From contig OZ241917.1 in assembly GCA_965203805.1 (NCBI GenBank), forward strand, positions 5,248,001 through 5,312,000: 64,000 nt of DNA. Reading direction: 5' to 3'. Source of the stretch: Candidatus Latescibacterota bacterium. Its GTDB lineage: Bacteria > Latescibacterota > UBA2968 > GCA-2709665. Positions 48,000 to 57,341 of the stretch are shown piece by piece. Every line of letters begins with the position of its first letter. Within the stretch, counting starts at the first letter, position 1. The translations under genes were made by a program, and so were the position numbers. The notes under the pieces were generated by a model. The model searched no databases. It worked only from the letters and a program-made list of their open reading frames with translations, and was not told the DNA's origin.

Positions 48000-48039
48000 A
48001 TGCAGGCAACGCTCTCGGCCGATTGAAATCGGAAGGATA
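48000..48039 (+). repeat. 40-bp direct repeat, copy 2
   Basis: atgcaggcaacgctctcggccgattgaaatcggaaggata. Confidence 0.9.
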
Positions 48040-48090
48040 TCGGGACATCGGGATTTCGGGAAGTGCAGGCGTGAAGTATCGGAGGGCGAG

Positions 48091-48882
48091 TTGAATCTGT
48101 TTTCACTCGAAGGACGTGTGGCTCTGGTCACGGGCGCGGGGAGGGGGATCGGGCAGGGCCTCGCGAAGGGCCTCGCGGCCCACGGCGCCAGGTGCGTATG
48201 TGCGGCCAGGACCCGTTCTCAACTGGACGAAACGGTGGCGGCCATACGGGCGGCGGGCGGCGACGCGCTGGCCGTCGAATTGGATATGGCGGATCTGGAC
48301 GCCGTCAGACAGGGGGTGGAAACGACCCTTGCTCAATACGGGCAACTCGACATTCTGGTGAACAATGCGGGGATGAATATCCGGGAGCCGCTGCAGGAGG
48401 TTGCTGAGGCGCATTACGACCGGATCATGGACGTGAATCTGAAGGGTCTCTTTTTCCTGTCCCGGATGGCCGCCGAAGACATGATCCCGCGCAAGCAGGG
48501 CAAGATCATCAATATCGGTTCCCTGACCACTGGAATCGCCCTGCACGGCGTGTCGGTCTATACGGCCACCAAGGGCGCCGTCGGTCAGTTGACGAAGGCG
48601 CAGGCCCTGGAACTCGGCCCGCACAATATCCAGGTGAACGCGATCTGCCCCGGGTTTATTCTCACGCCGCTGACGGAGAAGCTGTGGTCGGACGAGACGA
48701 TGCGGGCCTGGGGCGAGGGCCGCACACCCGCGGGGCGCCTGGGCAACCCGGAAGACCTGGTGGGAACGACCGTGTTCCTGGCATCCGCGGCTTCCGACTT
48801 CGTAACCGGCCAGCACATCTACGTGGACGGCGGATTCATGGCCGGCGAGAAATGGCCGTTGCCGCCGAAGGCGAGTCAATGA
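48091..48882 (+). CDS. SDR oxidoreductase (gluconate 5-dehydrogenase/KduD-like)
   Basis: TGAGRGIG, NNAG, YTATK, NAICPG. Confidence 0.9.
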   Translation: MNLFSLEGRVALVTGAGRGIGQGLAKGLAAHGARCVCAARTRSQLDETVAAIRAAGGDALAVELDMADLDAVRQGVETTLAQYGQLDILVNNAGMNIREPLQEVAEAHYDRIMDVNLKGLFFLSRMAAEDMIPRKQGKIINIGSLTTGIALHGVSVYTATKGAVGQLTKAQALELGPHNIQVNAICPGFILTPLTEKLWSDETMRAWGEGRTPAGRLGNPEDLVGTTVFLASAASDFVTGQHIYVDGGFMAGEKWPLPPKASQ

Positions 48883-49490
48883 GGCGCACGCCGAAGGATG
48901 CCGCCAGGATTGAACGACAGATCGCCTTCATCCGCGAGATTGACAAGCTGAAGCAGGTGCTTCGACAGACGTACCTGATCGACGGGAAGCGCCGGGAGAA
49001 CAGTGCGGAGCATTCGTGGCACCTGGCCGCGATGGCCGTACTGCTGTCGGAATACGCACGGGAAGAACTGGATCTCGCGCGAGTTGTGAAAATGCTGCTG
49101 CTTCACGACATTGTAGAGATCGACGCTGGCGATACTTTTGCCTACGACGAGGCGGCCCATGCGGACAAGGAGGAAAGGGAACGGCTGGCCGCTGAACGGA
49201 TTTTCAACCTGCTTCCATGCGATTTGGCCGATGAGGTGTTCGCGCTGTGGGAGGAATTCGAGGCGGGCGAGACACCCGAGGCGAAATTCGCGGAAGCGAT
49301 GGACCGGCTTCAGCCTATCCTGCTGAACTACGGATCGGGCGGGATCGCGTGGCGGGAGCACAATATCAGTTCGGAACAGGTGATTGCGCGGAATCGACAT
49401 ATCGAAGCGGGGGCGCCCGGCCTGTGGACGTACGTCCGGGGGCTGATCGACCGGGCCGAGGAAGCCGGTTACCTTGCCTCGAAGTCCTGA
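48879..49490 (+). CDS. HD-domain phosphohydrolase (HDDC2/YfbR-like)
   Basis: ENSAEHSW, LHDIVEIDAGD, DRLQP; ATGA overlap with the SDR gene. Confidence 0.88.
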   Translation: MRRTPKDAARIERQIAFIREIDKLKQVLRQTYLIDGKRRENSAEHSWHLAAMAVLLSEYAREELDLARVVKMLLLHDIVEIDAGDTFAYDEAAHADKEERERLAAERIFNLLPCDLADEVFALWEEFEAGETPEAKFAEAMDRLQPILLNYGSGGIAWREHNISSEQVIARNRHIEAGAPGLWTYVRGLIDRAEEAGYLASKS

Positions 49491-49560
49491 TCGCGCAGGA
49501 AAACAACGCCGGTTGATTTCGCGGGAACGGACGCGACAGTTCTGACAGGAGGTTCGGGAG

Positions 49561-50622
49561 ATGGCACAACAGCATGGGGAATCGATGTGGTTTTACGTGG
49601 GAGGGACCGGTATATCGGTCTACCGTCTGGACCTTTCCACCGGGGACCTGGAGCACCGGAGTACCGTCTCGGAGGTGAAGAATCCTTCATTCCAGGCCAT
49701 CCATCCGTCGAATCGGTACCTATACTCTGTCGCGGAAGTCGATGATGGCGGGGCGTTGCACGCGTTCGCGGTCGATCCGGCCACGGGTGCGTTGCGGTCG
49801 CTGAATCACCAGTCCTGTAAGGGCGCCGGACCGTGCCACGTAAGCGTAGACGCGACCGGACGTGTGGTCCTGGTGGCGAATTATTCCAGCGGCGGTGTGG
49901 CGGCGCTGCCCATTCTGGATGACGGCAGCCTCGGCGAGGCCACGTCCGTTTTTCAGCACGAGGGTTCCAGCGTAAATCCGGGCAGACAGCAGGGGCCGCA
50001 CGCGCATTCCATTACCATCGATCCGGGCAATCGATACGCCGTCTCGGCCGATCTCGGTATCGACAAAGCGCTGGTTTACCGCCTGGATGCGGAGAACCGG
50101 ACGATAACGCGGAACAATCCCCCGTCGGTGGACGTCCAGGCGGGCGCCGGGCCCAGGCACTTCGCGTTCCACCCGGACCGGAAGCACGCCTACCTTATTA
50201 ATGAGTTGGACAATACGGCCGTGGCGTACGGGTACGACGAAGACCGTGGGATCCTGGAGACGGTGCAGGTGATTTCCACGTTGCCGGCCGACTTCACCGA
50301 TACCAGCTATTGTGCGGACATCCACGTGTCGCCCGACGGGCGCTTTGTCTACGGCTCCAACCGGGGCCACGACAGCATCGTGATTTTTGAGGTCGACTCA
50401 GACACGGGTACGCTCTCTGTCGTGGACTACGAGTCCACCCGCGGCGAGTTCCCGCGGAACTTCGCCCTCGATCCCTCCGGACGGTTCCTGTTCGCCGCCA
50501 ATCAGAATACGGACAACATCGTCACCTATCGAATCGACAGACAGACGGGCAGGCTAACGGCCACCGGGCATCAGGTGGAAACGCAGCAGCCGGTCTGCAT
50601 CAACATGATCCCCGCCGCATAG
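49561..50622 (+). CDS. pgl: 6-phosphogluconolactonase (lactonase, beta-propeller)
   Basis: ANYSSG, RQQGPHAH, GPRHFAFHP, SNRGHDS, PRNF. Confidence 0.88.
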   Translation: MAQQHGESMWFYVGGTGISVYRLDLSTGDLEHRSTVSEVKNPSFQAIHPSNRYLYSVAEVDDGGALHAFAVDPATGALRSLNHQSCKGAGPCHVSVDATGRVVLVANYSSGGVAALPILDDGSLGEATSVFQHEGSSVNPGRQQGPHAHSITIDPGNRYAVSADLGIDKALVYRLDAENRTITRNNPPSVDVQAGAGPRHFAFHPDRKHAYLINELDNTAVAYGYDEDRGILETVQVISTLPADFTDTSYCADIHVSPDGRFVYGSNRGHDSIVIFEVDSDTGTLSVVDYESTRGEFPRNFALDPSGRFLFAANQNTDNIVTYRIDRQTGRLTATGHQVETQQPVCINMIPAA

Positions 50623-51069
50623 GGACGCCGCCACACCCGCAGCACGGATCGAAAGGTCGTAACGACGGAAGTGTTGTGCGGTAAATCCGCAGCGGTAAAC
50701 AGGAAGTACGACGATTTTCCTTCCTTTAGACAGGTTAAATGCACTACGAAACAGGTTGACTACGGCCCGCCGGTTCGATAGATTTTCAATAGAGAAAACG
50801 GACCCGTTTAAAAAGTGAATGTCGTGAATTCCCGCGATCTCAAGTACGGCTTGTGTACAGGAGGAAATGCCAGCCAGCGTAAATAATCCGAGATCCCCAG
50901 GTTACTATATCGCGGGCGTTACAGGCCGGTGCGAAAAAGTGAAACGGGTTGTCCCGGTATTGAAACCGATGCGCGAGCGCATGCCCGATTCGGCTGAAGA
51001 CGGCGCTAATACATACTTGCGCCGAACTTGAATAGCGAATGGCGGTACCACCAAAGGACGAGTGCTTCA

Positions 51070-51438
51070 ATGGATCGGGAGCCAATTTGGAGTGTCAGTG
51101 AACGCGCGTGGTTTACATGCATGTCCGTGGCGCTGTTTATTGTCGGCTTAGTTATCCGCTACCACGGCCCACATCAATTGGCGTTGGAATTTGACGCGCT
51201 GAAGGACATTACCGCCATTGGGTTATTTGCGGTTACAATGGCATTTTTTGCTATGGAAGGATGGGATATTATGGGACTTGCGACCGGTGTGATCAAAGTC
51301 TTGAGGGAGAAGCAACGCGACAGAGGACGAAAGGAACAAGACGAGAAGTTCAGGAAATGGTTGGAATCAGAGAAGAAAAAAGGGACGGTTTTTCAATCAC
51401 CGCCGCCCCTCCTGAACAACGGACAAGTTGACGAGTAG
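51070..51438 (+). CDS. Small membrane protein, hypothetical
   Basis: Two hydrophobic segments and a basic C-terminus; more AT-rich than neighbours. Confidence 0.6.
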   Translation: MDREPIWSVSERAWFTCMSVALFIVGLVIRYHGPHQLALEFDALKDITAIGLFAVTMAFFAMEGWDIMGLATGVIKVLREKQRDRGRKEQDEKFRKWLESEKKKGTVFQSPPPLLNNGQVDE

Positions 51439-51863
51439 TCTTGACGTACTCAGCATTCAATGTCGTAGCTATTTGCCAGCCATGCCCGAATCAACGGTAC
51501 CCATTTTTCAGGCAGTTTGGGCATCCCGGAAATTTCGTCGGCTATAATTCTCGTTGATTTAACGATTCTAGTGCTGGATGTTCAACCTTTGTTGCGTTTC
51601 GTCGTGTTCGCACTTTGGAAGTGAGAAGAAGGACCCAATGCCGTCCGGACGGGGTTTGATCTTTCACGAACTTCACGAATAAGAACCTTACGAACCGATG
51701 CCTCACGCCCTGAAATCCCTCTCAAGGCTGAGGCATCATCTGTATATGCGGTAGTGTCGTTTACGGCACGACAGGAAAAACACCTGCAGTGTTGGACAGT
51801 CGAGTACTTGAGTCGATTCAGAGTCATCCACATTGACTGTTTTCTCAGGAGCAACCGCAGGCC

Positions 51864-53429
51864 ATGAACATCGGCATGCTGCTGACAAAGTCTGCACGCA
51901 CGTTTCCGGAGAATCTGGCGCTGGCTTACGGCTCCCGGCGATGGACCTACGCCGAATTCAACGGGCGCGTGAACCGGCTGGCGAACGCGTTCTTCAGGCT
52001 CGGGCTGCGCCCAGGCGGCCACGTCGCCATCCTCATGCAAAACCTCCCGGAAATGCTGGAATCCATGTTCGCGTGTTTCAAGGCAGGCGCCGCGGCCGTG
52101 CCGATCAACTTCCGCCTGCATCCCGACGAATTCGCGTTTATTATCGACCATTCAGAATCCGAACTGCTCATCATCTCCTCCGAATTCAACGCGCCGGTTT
52201 CGCGGATCAGGGACCGCCTGCCGCGGGTCCGGCACGTCGTCACCATTGCGGAGGCGCAGGATGGCATGCTGGACTACGAGACGACGATTCGCGCCGAACG
52301 CGACGCGTTCGGCGACATGGCCGTGGGACCGGACGACGTGGCATGGGTGTTCTACACTTCCGGTACCACGGATCAACCGAAAGGGGCATTGCTGACCCAC
52401 CGGAATCTGCTGGCGATGACCATGAACTTCTACGCGGACGTCTGCCAGGGCTTCGGGCCCGACGACGTGGCCCTGCACGCGGCGCCGCTTTCCCACGGCA
52501 GCGGCCTCTATGCGCTTCCGAACGTCGGCAAAGCGGCGGCCAACATTATTCCGGAAACCGTCACCTTCGATCCCGACCGGATCCTGGCGGCCATCGAAAC
52601 CTACCGGGTGACCAATATGTTCGCCGCGCCCACCATGGTGAAGCGCCTCGTGGAAAGCCCGGCATTGCACCGGTACGACCTCCGGTCGTTGAAGACCCTC
52701 AACTACGGCGGCGGCCCGACGCTGGCTGAAGACCTCCGGGCTGCGATCCGAAAACTCGGGCCCTGCCTCGTTCAGGTGTACGGCCTGGGCGAATCTCCGA
52801 TGACGATCACGTACCTGCCGCACCGCGACCACGTCCTGGACGGCACGGCACAGCAGATGAAGCGGCTCAGTTCCGCGGGGTTCGCACGTACTGACGTCGA
52901 AGTCAAGATTCTGGACGACCAGGGATACCAACTCACGGCGGGAAACATCGGCCAGATCGTCACGAGGTCGGACCTCGTCATGAAGGGGTACTGGCGCAAT
53001 CCCGACGCCACGGCGGCCACCCTGAAAGACGGTTGGCTGCACACGGGCGACGTGGGGTACATGGACGAGGAAGGCTACGTTTTCCTGTTGGATCGCTCGA
53101 AAGACCTGATCATCAGCGGCGGCGAGAATATCTACCCGCGCGAAATCGAAGAGGTGCTCATCCGGCATCCGGCCGTATCCGAGGTCGCGGTGATCGGTGT
53201 GCCCCACCCGGAGTGGGGCGAGGCGGTCAAGGCGGTTGTCGTCAAGGAGCCCGGGCGCGACGTGTCCGGCGAGGAGCTGATCGACTTCTGTAAAGGCCGG
53301 ATCGCCAGTTTCAAGAAACCGGAGTCCGTGGACTTCGTGGAGAAATTGCCCAAGAACAACTACGGCAAGGTTGTGAAGAACCTGATAAGGGCGCCGTATT
53401 GGGGCGGCAGGCAGAGCAAGGTGATCTGA
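51864..53429 (+). CDS. Long-chain acyl-CoA ligase (AMP-binding)
   Basis: YTSGTTDQPKG, YGLGE, GWLHTGD, SGGENIYP, LPKNNYGK. Confidence 0.92.
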   Translation: MNIGMLLTKSARTFPENLALAYGSRRWTYAEFNGRVNRLANAFFRLGLRPGGHVAILMQNLPEMLESMFACFKAGAAAVPINFRLHPDEFAFIIDHSESELLIISSEFNAPVSRIRDRLPRVRHVVTIAEAQDGMLDYETTIRAERDAFGDMAVGPDDVAWVFYTSGTTDQPKGALLTHRNLLAMTMNFYADVCQGFGPDDVALHAAPLSHGSGLYALPNVGKAAANIIPETVTFDPDRILAAIETYRVTNMFAAPTMVKRLVESPALHRYDLRSLKTLNYGGGPTLAEDLRAAIRKLGPCLVQVYGLGESPMTITYLPHRDHVLDGTAQQMKRLSSAGFARTDVEVKILDDQGYQLTAGNIGQIVTRSDLVMKGYWRNPDATAATLKDGWLHTGDVGYMDEEGYVFLLDRSKDLIISGGENIYPREIEEVLIRHPAVSEVAVIGVPHPEWGEAVKAVVVKEPGRDVSGEELIDFCKGRIASFKKPESVDFVEKLPKNNYGKVVKNLIRAPYWGGRQSKVI

Positions 53430-53535
53430 CTGGCTGACCGCATACCCGTGGAACGCCATTCAGGTCACGCGACGTGAGGGCCGCTCGTTCTCCAACCGGC
53501 CGGTCGAACCGGGCCGGTCGTCGAGGCAACGTGCG

Positions 53536-54801
53536 ATGGTCAGGAAGCGAAGACTCGGACGCGGTGTGGCCATGGTGGGCGCGGGCATGTCGCCGTTCGG
53601 CATGTTTCGGGAGAGGGATTCCAGGGATCTCTTCGTCGACGCCTTTCGGGCCATGACGGCGTCCGTGGACAAAGGTCTGGATCCCGGCGATATCGACGCG
53701 CTTTACATTGGTAATTTCACCAACGATTTCTTTACGGGTCAATCCCACTGGGGCGCCATTCTCGTCGACGCGGTGGGCCTGGTCCCCCGGCCGGCAACGC
53801 GCACCGAGGGGGCGTGCGCATCCAGCGCGATCGCCTTCCGCGAGGGCGTATTTGCCATCGCGTCGGGATTTTACGACGTGGTCCTGGTGGGCGGCGTGGA
53901 GGACATGTCAAAACGCTCCACGGCCGACGTGGCGGAAGGCCTTGCATCGGCGGCGGTACCCTATGAACGAAAGTCCGGCTTTACGTTTCCGGGGGTGTTC
54001 GGCGCGATCGCGACGGCGTATTTCCACAGGTACGGCGCAACGCGCGAGCACCTGATGGACGTAACCATCAAGAGCCACGAGAATGCCCCGTTGAACCCGA
54101 AAGCGCAGTTCCGGGCGTCGGTCGCCGACATTATGGAATCGAAGGTGGAGCGCGCGAAAGCGAGCGGCGCGGCCTTGCCGGAATGGAAGGATGAAAAGGA
54201 CTTCCTGCGAGACCCTCGTGTCAACCCGCCGGTCGCCTGGCCGATGCACCTGTTCGATTGCTGCCCCATCAGCGACGGGGCCGGCTGTATCCTTCTGGTC
54301 GGTGAAGAGATGGCCAGGCGCTTTACGGACGACCCGCTATACGTGGTGGGCCTCGGCCAGGGCAGCGGCAGAGGGCTGCACGCGGCGCGGGACCTGACGA
54401 GCTTCGAGGCCACGCGCCAGGCCGCTGGGGAAGCCTATTCCATGGCGGATCTCGGGCCGGACGACATACAGTTCGCCGAGGTGCACGACTGCTTTTCCAT
54501 CGCGGAGATCCTCCACGTCGAAGACCTCGGCTTCTTCGGCCCCGGGGATGGATTCAGTGCTGTGGGCGAGGGCGCGACCCGGCTGAACGGGCCGAAGCCG
54601 ATCAACACCTCGGGCGGGCTGAAATGCAAGGGGCATCCCGTCGGAGCGACAGGCATCGCGCAGCTGATCGAAGTATGGGAGCAACTGAGACAACAGGCAG
54701 GCGACCGGCAGGTGCCGAACGGCGATCTTCGCCTGGGTGGGGCCCACAACCTGGGCGGCACCGGCGGCACGAGCACGTTTACGATCCTGGAGAGGCGGTA
54801 G
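53536..54801 (+). CDS. Thiolase (SCP-x/archaeal-type acetyl-CoA acyltransferase)
   Basis: EGACASS, EVHDCF, GHPVGATG. Confidence 0.9.
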   Translation: MVRKRRLGRGVAMVGAGMSPFGMFRERDSRDLFVDAFRAMTASVDKGLDPGDIDALYIGNFTNDFFTGQSHWGAILVDAVGLVPRPATRTEGACASSAIAFREGVFAIASGFYDVVLVGGVEDMSKRSTADVAEGLASAAVPYERKSGFTFPGVFGAIATAYFHRYGATREHLMDVTIKSHENAPLNPKAQFRASVADIMESKVERAKASGAALPEWKDEKDFLRDPRVNPPVAWPMHLFDCCPISDGAGCILLVGEEMARRFTDDPLYVVGLGQGSGRGLHAARDLTSFEATRQAAGEAYSMADLGPDDIQFAEVHDCFSIAEILHVEDLGFFGPGDGFSAVGEGATRLNGPKPINTSGGLKCKGHPVGATGIAQLIEVWEQLRQQAGDRQVPNGDLRLGGAHNLGGTGGTSTFTILERR

Positions 54802-54804
54802 AAG

Positions 54805-55221
54805 TTGGGAAAGCGGCCCGTCAGCGATACCTGGTACGAACAATACCTCAGTGAGGAAACGCTGATGGGGTCGACATGCCCGCGATGCGGCGCGGTTTAC
54901 GTACCGCCTCGACCTCTGTGCGCGGAATGCCGGAACACGGAGATGCGGTGGACGCAAATGAACGGAACCGGCAAACTCGCCGCATTTACAAGCATATCCA
55001 TCGGACCGCCCGCCATGCAGGCCGAGGGCTACGACCGGGACAATCCGTATTGCACCGGTGTCGTCAAACTGGACGAGGGACCCCGAATCGTCGCCCGCAT
55101 CGAAGGCGTCGACGCGCGGAATCCGGATACCATCGAGATCGGCATGCTCGTAACCGCGATGTACCTGCACCGAGGCAGCGGTGGCGACCGCGCGACGCAA
55201 CTGGCCTTTCGACCACTGTGA
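54805..55221 (+). CDS. Zn-ribbon/OB-fold protein (DUF35/ChsH2-like), thiolase partner
   Basis: CPRC..PPRPLCAEC followed by an OB fold; adjacent to the thiolase. Confidence 0.88.
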   Translation: MGKRPVSDTWYEQYLSEETLMGSTCPRCGAVYVPPRPLCAECRNTEMRWTQMNGTGKLAAFTSISIGPPAMQAEGYDRDNPYCTGVVKLDEGPRIVARIEGVDARNPDTIEIGMLVTAMYLHRGSGGDRATQLAFRPL

Positions 55222-55235
55222 AGGAGCGAACTCCA

Positions 55236-55916
55236 ATGTCAAAACGCGACGAGCGACAATTCGAGGCGAAAATCCGGGAAATCGCGAAGCCGCTGAACGG
55301 CCAGTACCCCAGACCCTGGATGACCGACCTTCGCGATCCGCTCCTGGCGGAAGTCTTCGTTGTCGGAAAGAACCAGAGGAACGGATATCCTACGGATGCC
55401 GTCTCGCACGAACGCCACGTTGCCGCGTTGTTCAACGAAGAACCCGGAGCGTGCCGGAGACTGTATTGCGAACTGACGGGTGGTAAACCCTCGCCGACTC
55501 GCAAGAACATCGATCGCTTGGTCGCCATGCTGAAGGACATCGGCGTTGACAGAGTCCTGGAGACAAACGTGATCTGCTACTCCACACCAATGAGTGTTGA
55601 CCTCCGACACGAGTTTCACATTGTCGGCGCCAGGCGCGGCGAAGAGATCTTTCGTTTCCTGCTGTCATCCATCCAGCCGAAGGTTTTGATCGTACACGGT
55701 GCAGGCGCCTCAAAGAAATTGAGGTCGATCTTGAATTGTGATCTGCCGGCTCCGTCGAACTGCACCGACGATGGTCTTGTGCTTTGTCGTTGTGGTGCAA
55801 TGCTGGTGATCGTAATTCGGTCCCTCGCGCCTCCGGAATACAACAGGTGGTCCAAATGGGCTCCTGCCCACCTTGCTCAGGTTGCCAATGCTGTTGCCGA
55901 TCACTTTAGCGGATGA
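55236..55916 (+). CDS. Hypothetical protein, uracil-DNA glycosylase-like superfamily
   Basis: RBS aaggag; VFVVGKNQ, LETNVICYST and IQPKVLIVHG resemble UDG-fold motifs. Confidence 0.55.
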   Translation: MSKRDERQFEAKIREIAKPLNGQYPRPWMTDLRDPLLAEVFVVGKNQRNGYPTDAVSHERHVAALFNEEPGACRRLYCELTGGKPSPTRKNIDRLVAMLKDIGVDRVLETNVICYSTPMSVDLRHEFHIVGARRGEEIFRFLLSSIQPKVLIVHGAGASKKLRSILNCDLPAPSNCTDDGLVLCRCGAMLVIVIRSLAPPEYNRWSKWAPAHLAQVANAVADHFSG

Positions 55917-56057
55917 AGCGACGTTTGACGCGGCGACGACTCGATCTCGTTTGGGCTCCTGAACGTCGTTCTCTTACTGATAGAGAAGAGCCGCATAGAG
56001 GCGTCATACGGGATTCGCGATAAGAAAGTGGAACCCGTTTTTTTTGGGATTTTTCGG

Positions 56058-56086
56058 TTGACAGGGATTTTGAATCCGGCTATTAT
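56058..56086 (+). promoter_or_regulatory. Sigma70-type promoter TTGACA-N17-TATTAT with an overlapping ggatt/aatcc inverted repeat
   Basis: -35 at 56058-56063, -10 at 56081-56086, 27 nt upstream of ATG 56114. Confidence 0.75.
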
Positions 56087-56113
56087 TTCCCGATATTTCA
56101 CAAGGGGGATACG

Positions 56114-56689
56114 ATGGCTGCGACACTGCCCGTTATAGACATGGAGTCTATGTCGGAATTGCTTTCGTCCATTGAGAACAACAAAATCGTCCTAACCGCA
56201 AAGGATGAGTCTCGTAACAAGAACCCTCGTCTCTGGCACATCGAAGAACGACTCCGAGACCATTTGTCAGGGTATGAAAGGCATGTCCGGGACGCGAGGA
56301 GCGCGTTGAGTCACCTTGTGGAGGTGATAGAGAATTGGATCAGTGCCTTGAAGCCGGTTCTGCACGGCCTTGAGTATTCGCCTGATGATTATATCGCAAT
56401 GTACAATCCCCGGGAGACAGAAAGACGAATTTCCGAGTTCAGAAAGAACGAAGAAGAACTTAAGACGATAAGAAGTGAATTTGAGGCTTCTCTTTGGACG
56501 TCGTTTCTAAATGGTCTTGATGATGGTGTCGACACTAAGTTAGTGGAGTTGGATGAAAGGCTATATGATCTCATTTCGCTCATTCAGGAAGTTCGCTGGC
56601 GAATGCTTAGCGCCCACGGGAAAAGCAAGGAGAGACCTGAAAAGACATATCAATCGGCCGAGGAGGCAATTGCTGATCTGTGGGGGTAG
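56114..56689 (+). CDS. Helical putative antitoxin; paralog of 13181-13660
   Basis: 191 aa; C-terminal KTYQSAEEAIADL resembles DinJ/RelB toxin-binding tails. Confidence 0.7.
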   Translation: MAATLPVIDMESMSELLSSIENNKIVLTAKDESRNKNPRLWHIEERLRDHLSGYERHVRDARSALSHLVEVIENWISALKPVLHGLEYSPDDYIAMYNPRETERRISEFRKNEEELKTIRSEFEASLWTSFLNGLDDGVDTKLVELDERLYDLISLIQEVRWRMLSAHGKSKERPEKTYQSAEEAIADLWG

Positions 56690-56691
56690 GC

Positions 56692-56982
56692 GTGGACGGG
56701 ATCCAGTTGCCGCCGATAACTTCATTTGAATACAGCCAGTATTTCAGGAAAAACACAAAGCGATTGAGGTCGGAGATTGAAGAGGGTCTGAAGGCCCTAA
56801 TATGCGAATTGCAGAACGGATCACTGTCAAAGGGAAGAAAACTCAAGAAGGCGTATGGATGTTACGTTGCACGAATAAATCAGAATTACAGATTAGCATT
56901 CGTAGTTCACAATAACGGTGCGGTCGAGTTTATCTGCATCGACACGCATGATGAGGCATATCGGTATCTGAGAAGAAGATAG
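56692..56982 (+). CDS. RelE-superfamily (YafQ-like) toxin
   Basis: YSQYFRKNTKRL, ARINQNYRLAF, IDTHDEAY. Confidence 0.75.
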   Translation: MDGIQLPPITSFEYSQYFRKNTKRLRSEIEEGLKALICELQNGSLSKGRKLKKAYGCYVARINQNYRLAFVVHNNGAVEFICIDTHDEAYRYLRRR

Positions 56983-57341
56983 ATGCGATACCTTCTCGCC
57001 GTGTGCATGGTGAACCCCCAGGTTTATCCTTAGAGGGCATCGGACAATTCTCCGGTGCCCTTAAATCATGTTTGACTTGAAATCGCGTCGGCGCGAGTTG
57101 TCGTCTGACTTTGACGCCGTCAACCATTTACTTTCGTTATCCCGACTAAAGATGCGAAACAATTGCGGCGGCTGTGTTGCGTGGTTATATTCGTCTGGCT
57201 GGCCATGGCGGGCAGACGTCATACGTTTCTTTCAACTACGCGGCAGGTTGCGGTTCCGGGAGCGGAAGTCAGACCGGCTGACGCCTGCGTTCCAAAGGGA
57301 AGCGCGGATTCCGGTTCCGGCAAAAAAGGAGACCTACGGAT

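Noticed and set aside
50867-51031. 54-codon ORF after aggagg
   Set aside because: RBS-ATG spacing is only 2 nt and there are no recognisable features; cannot be supported
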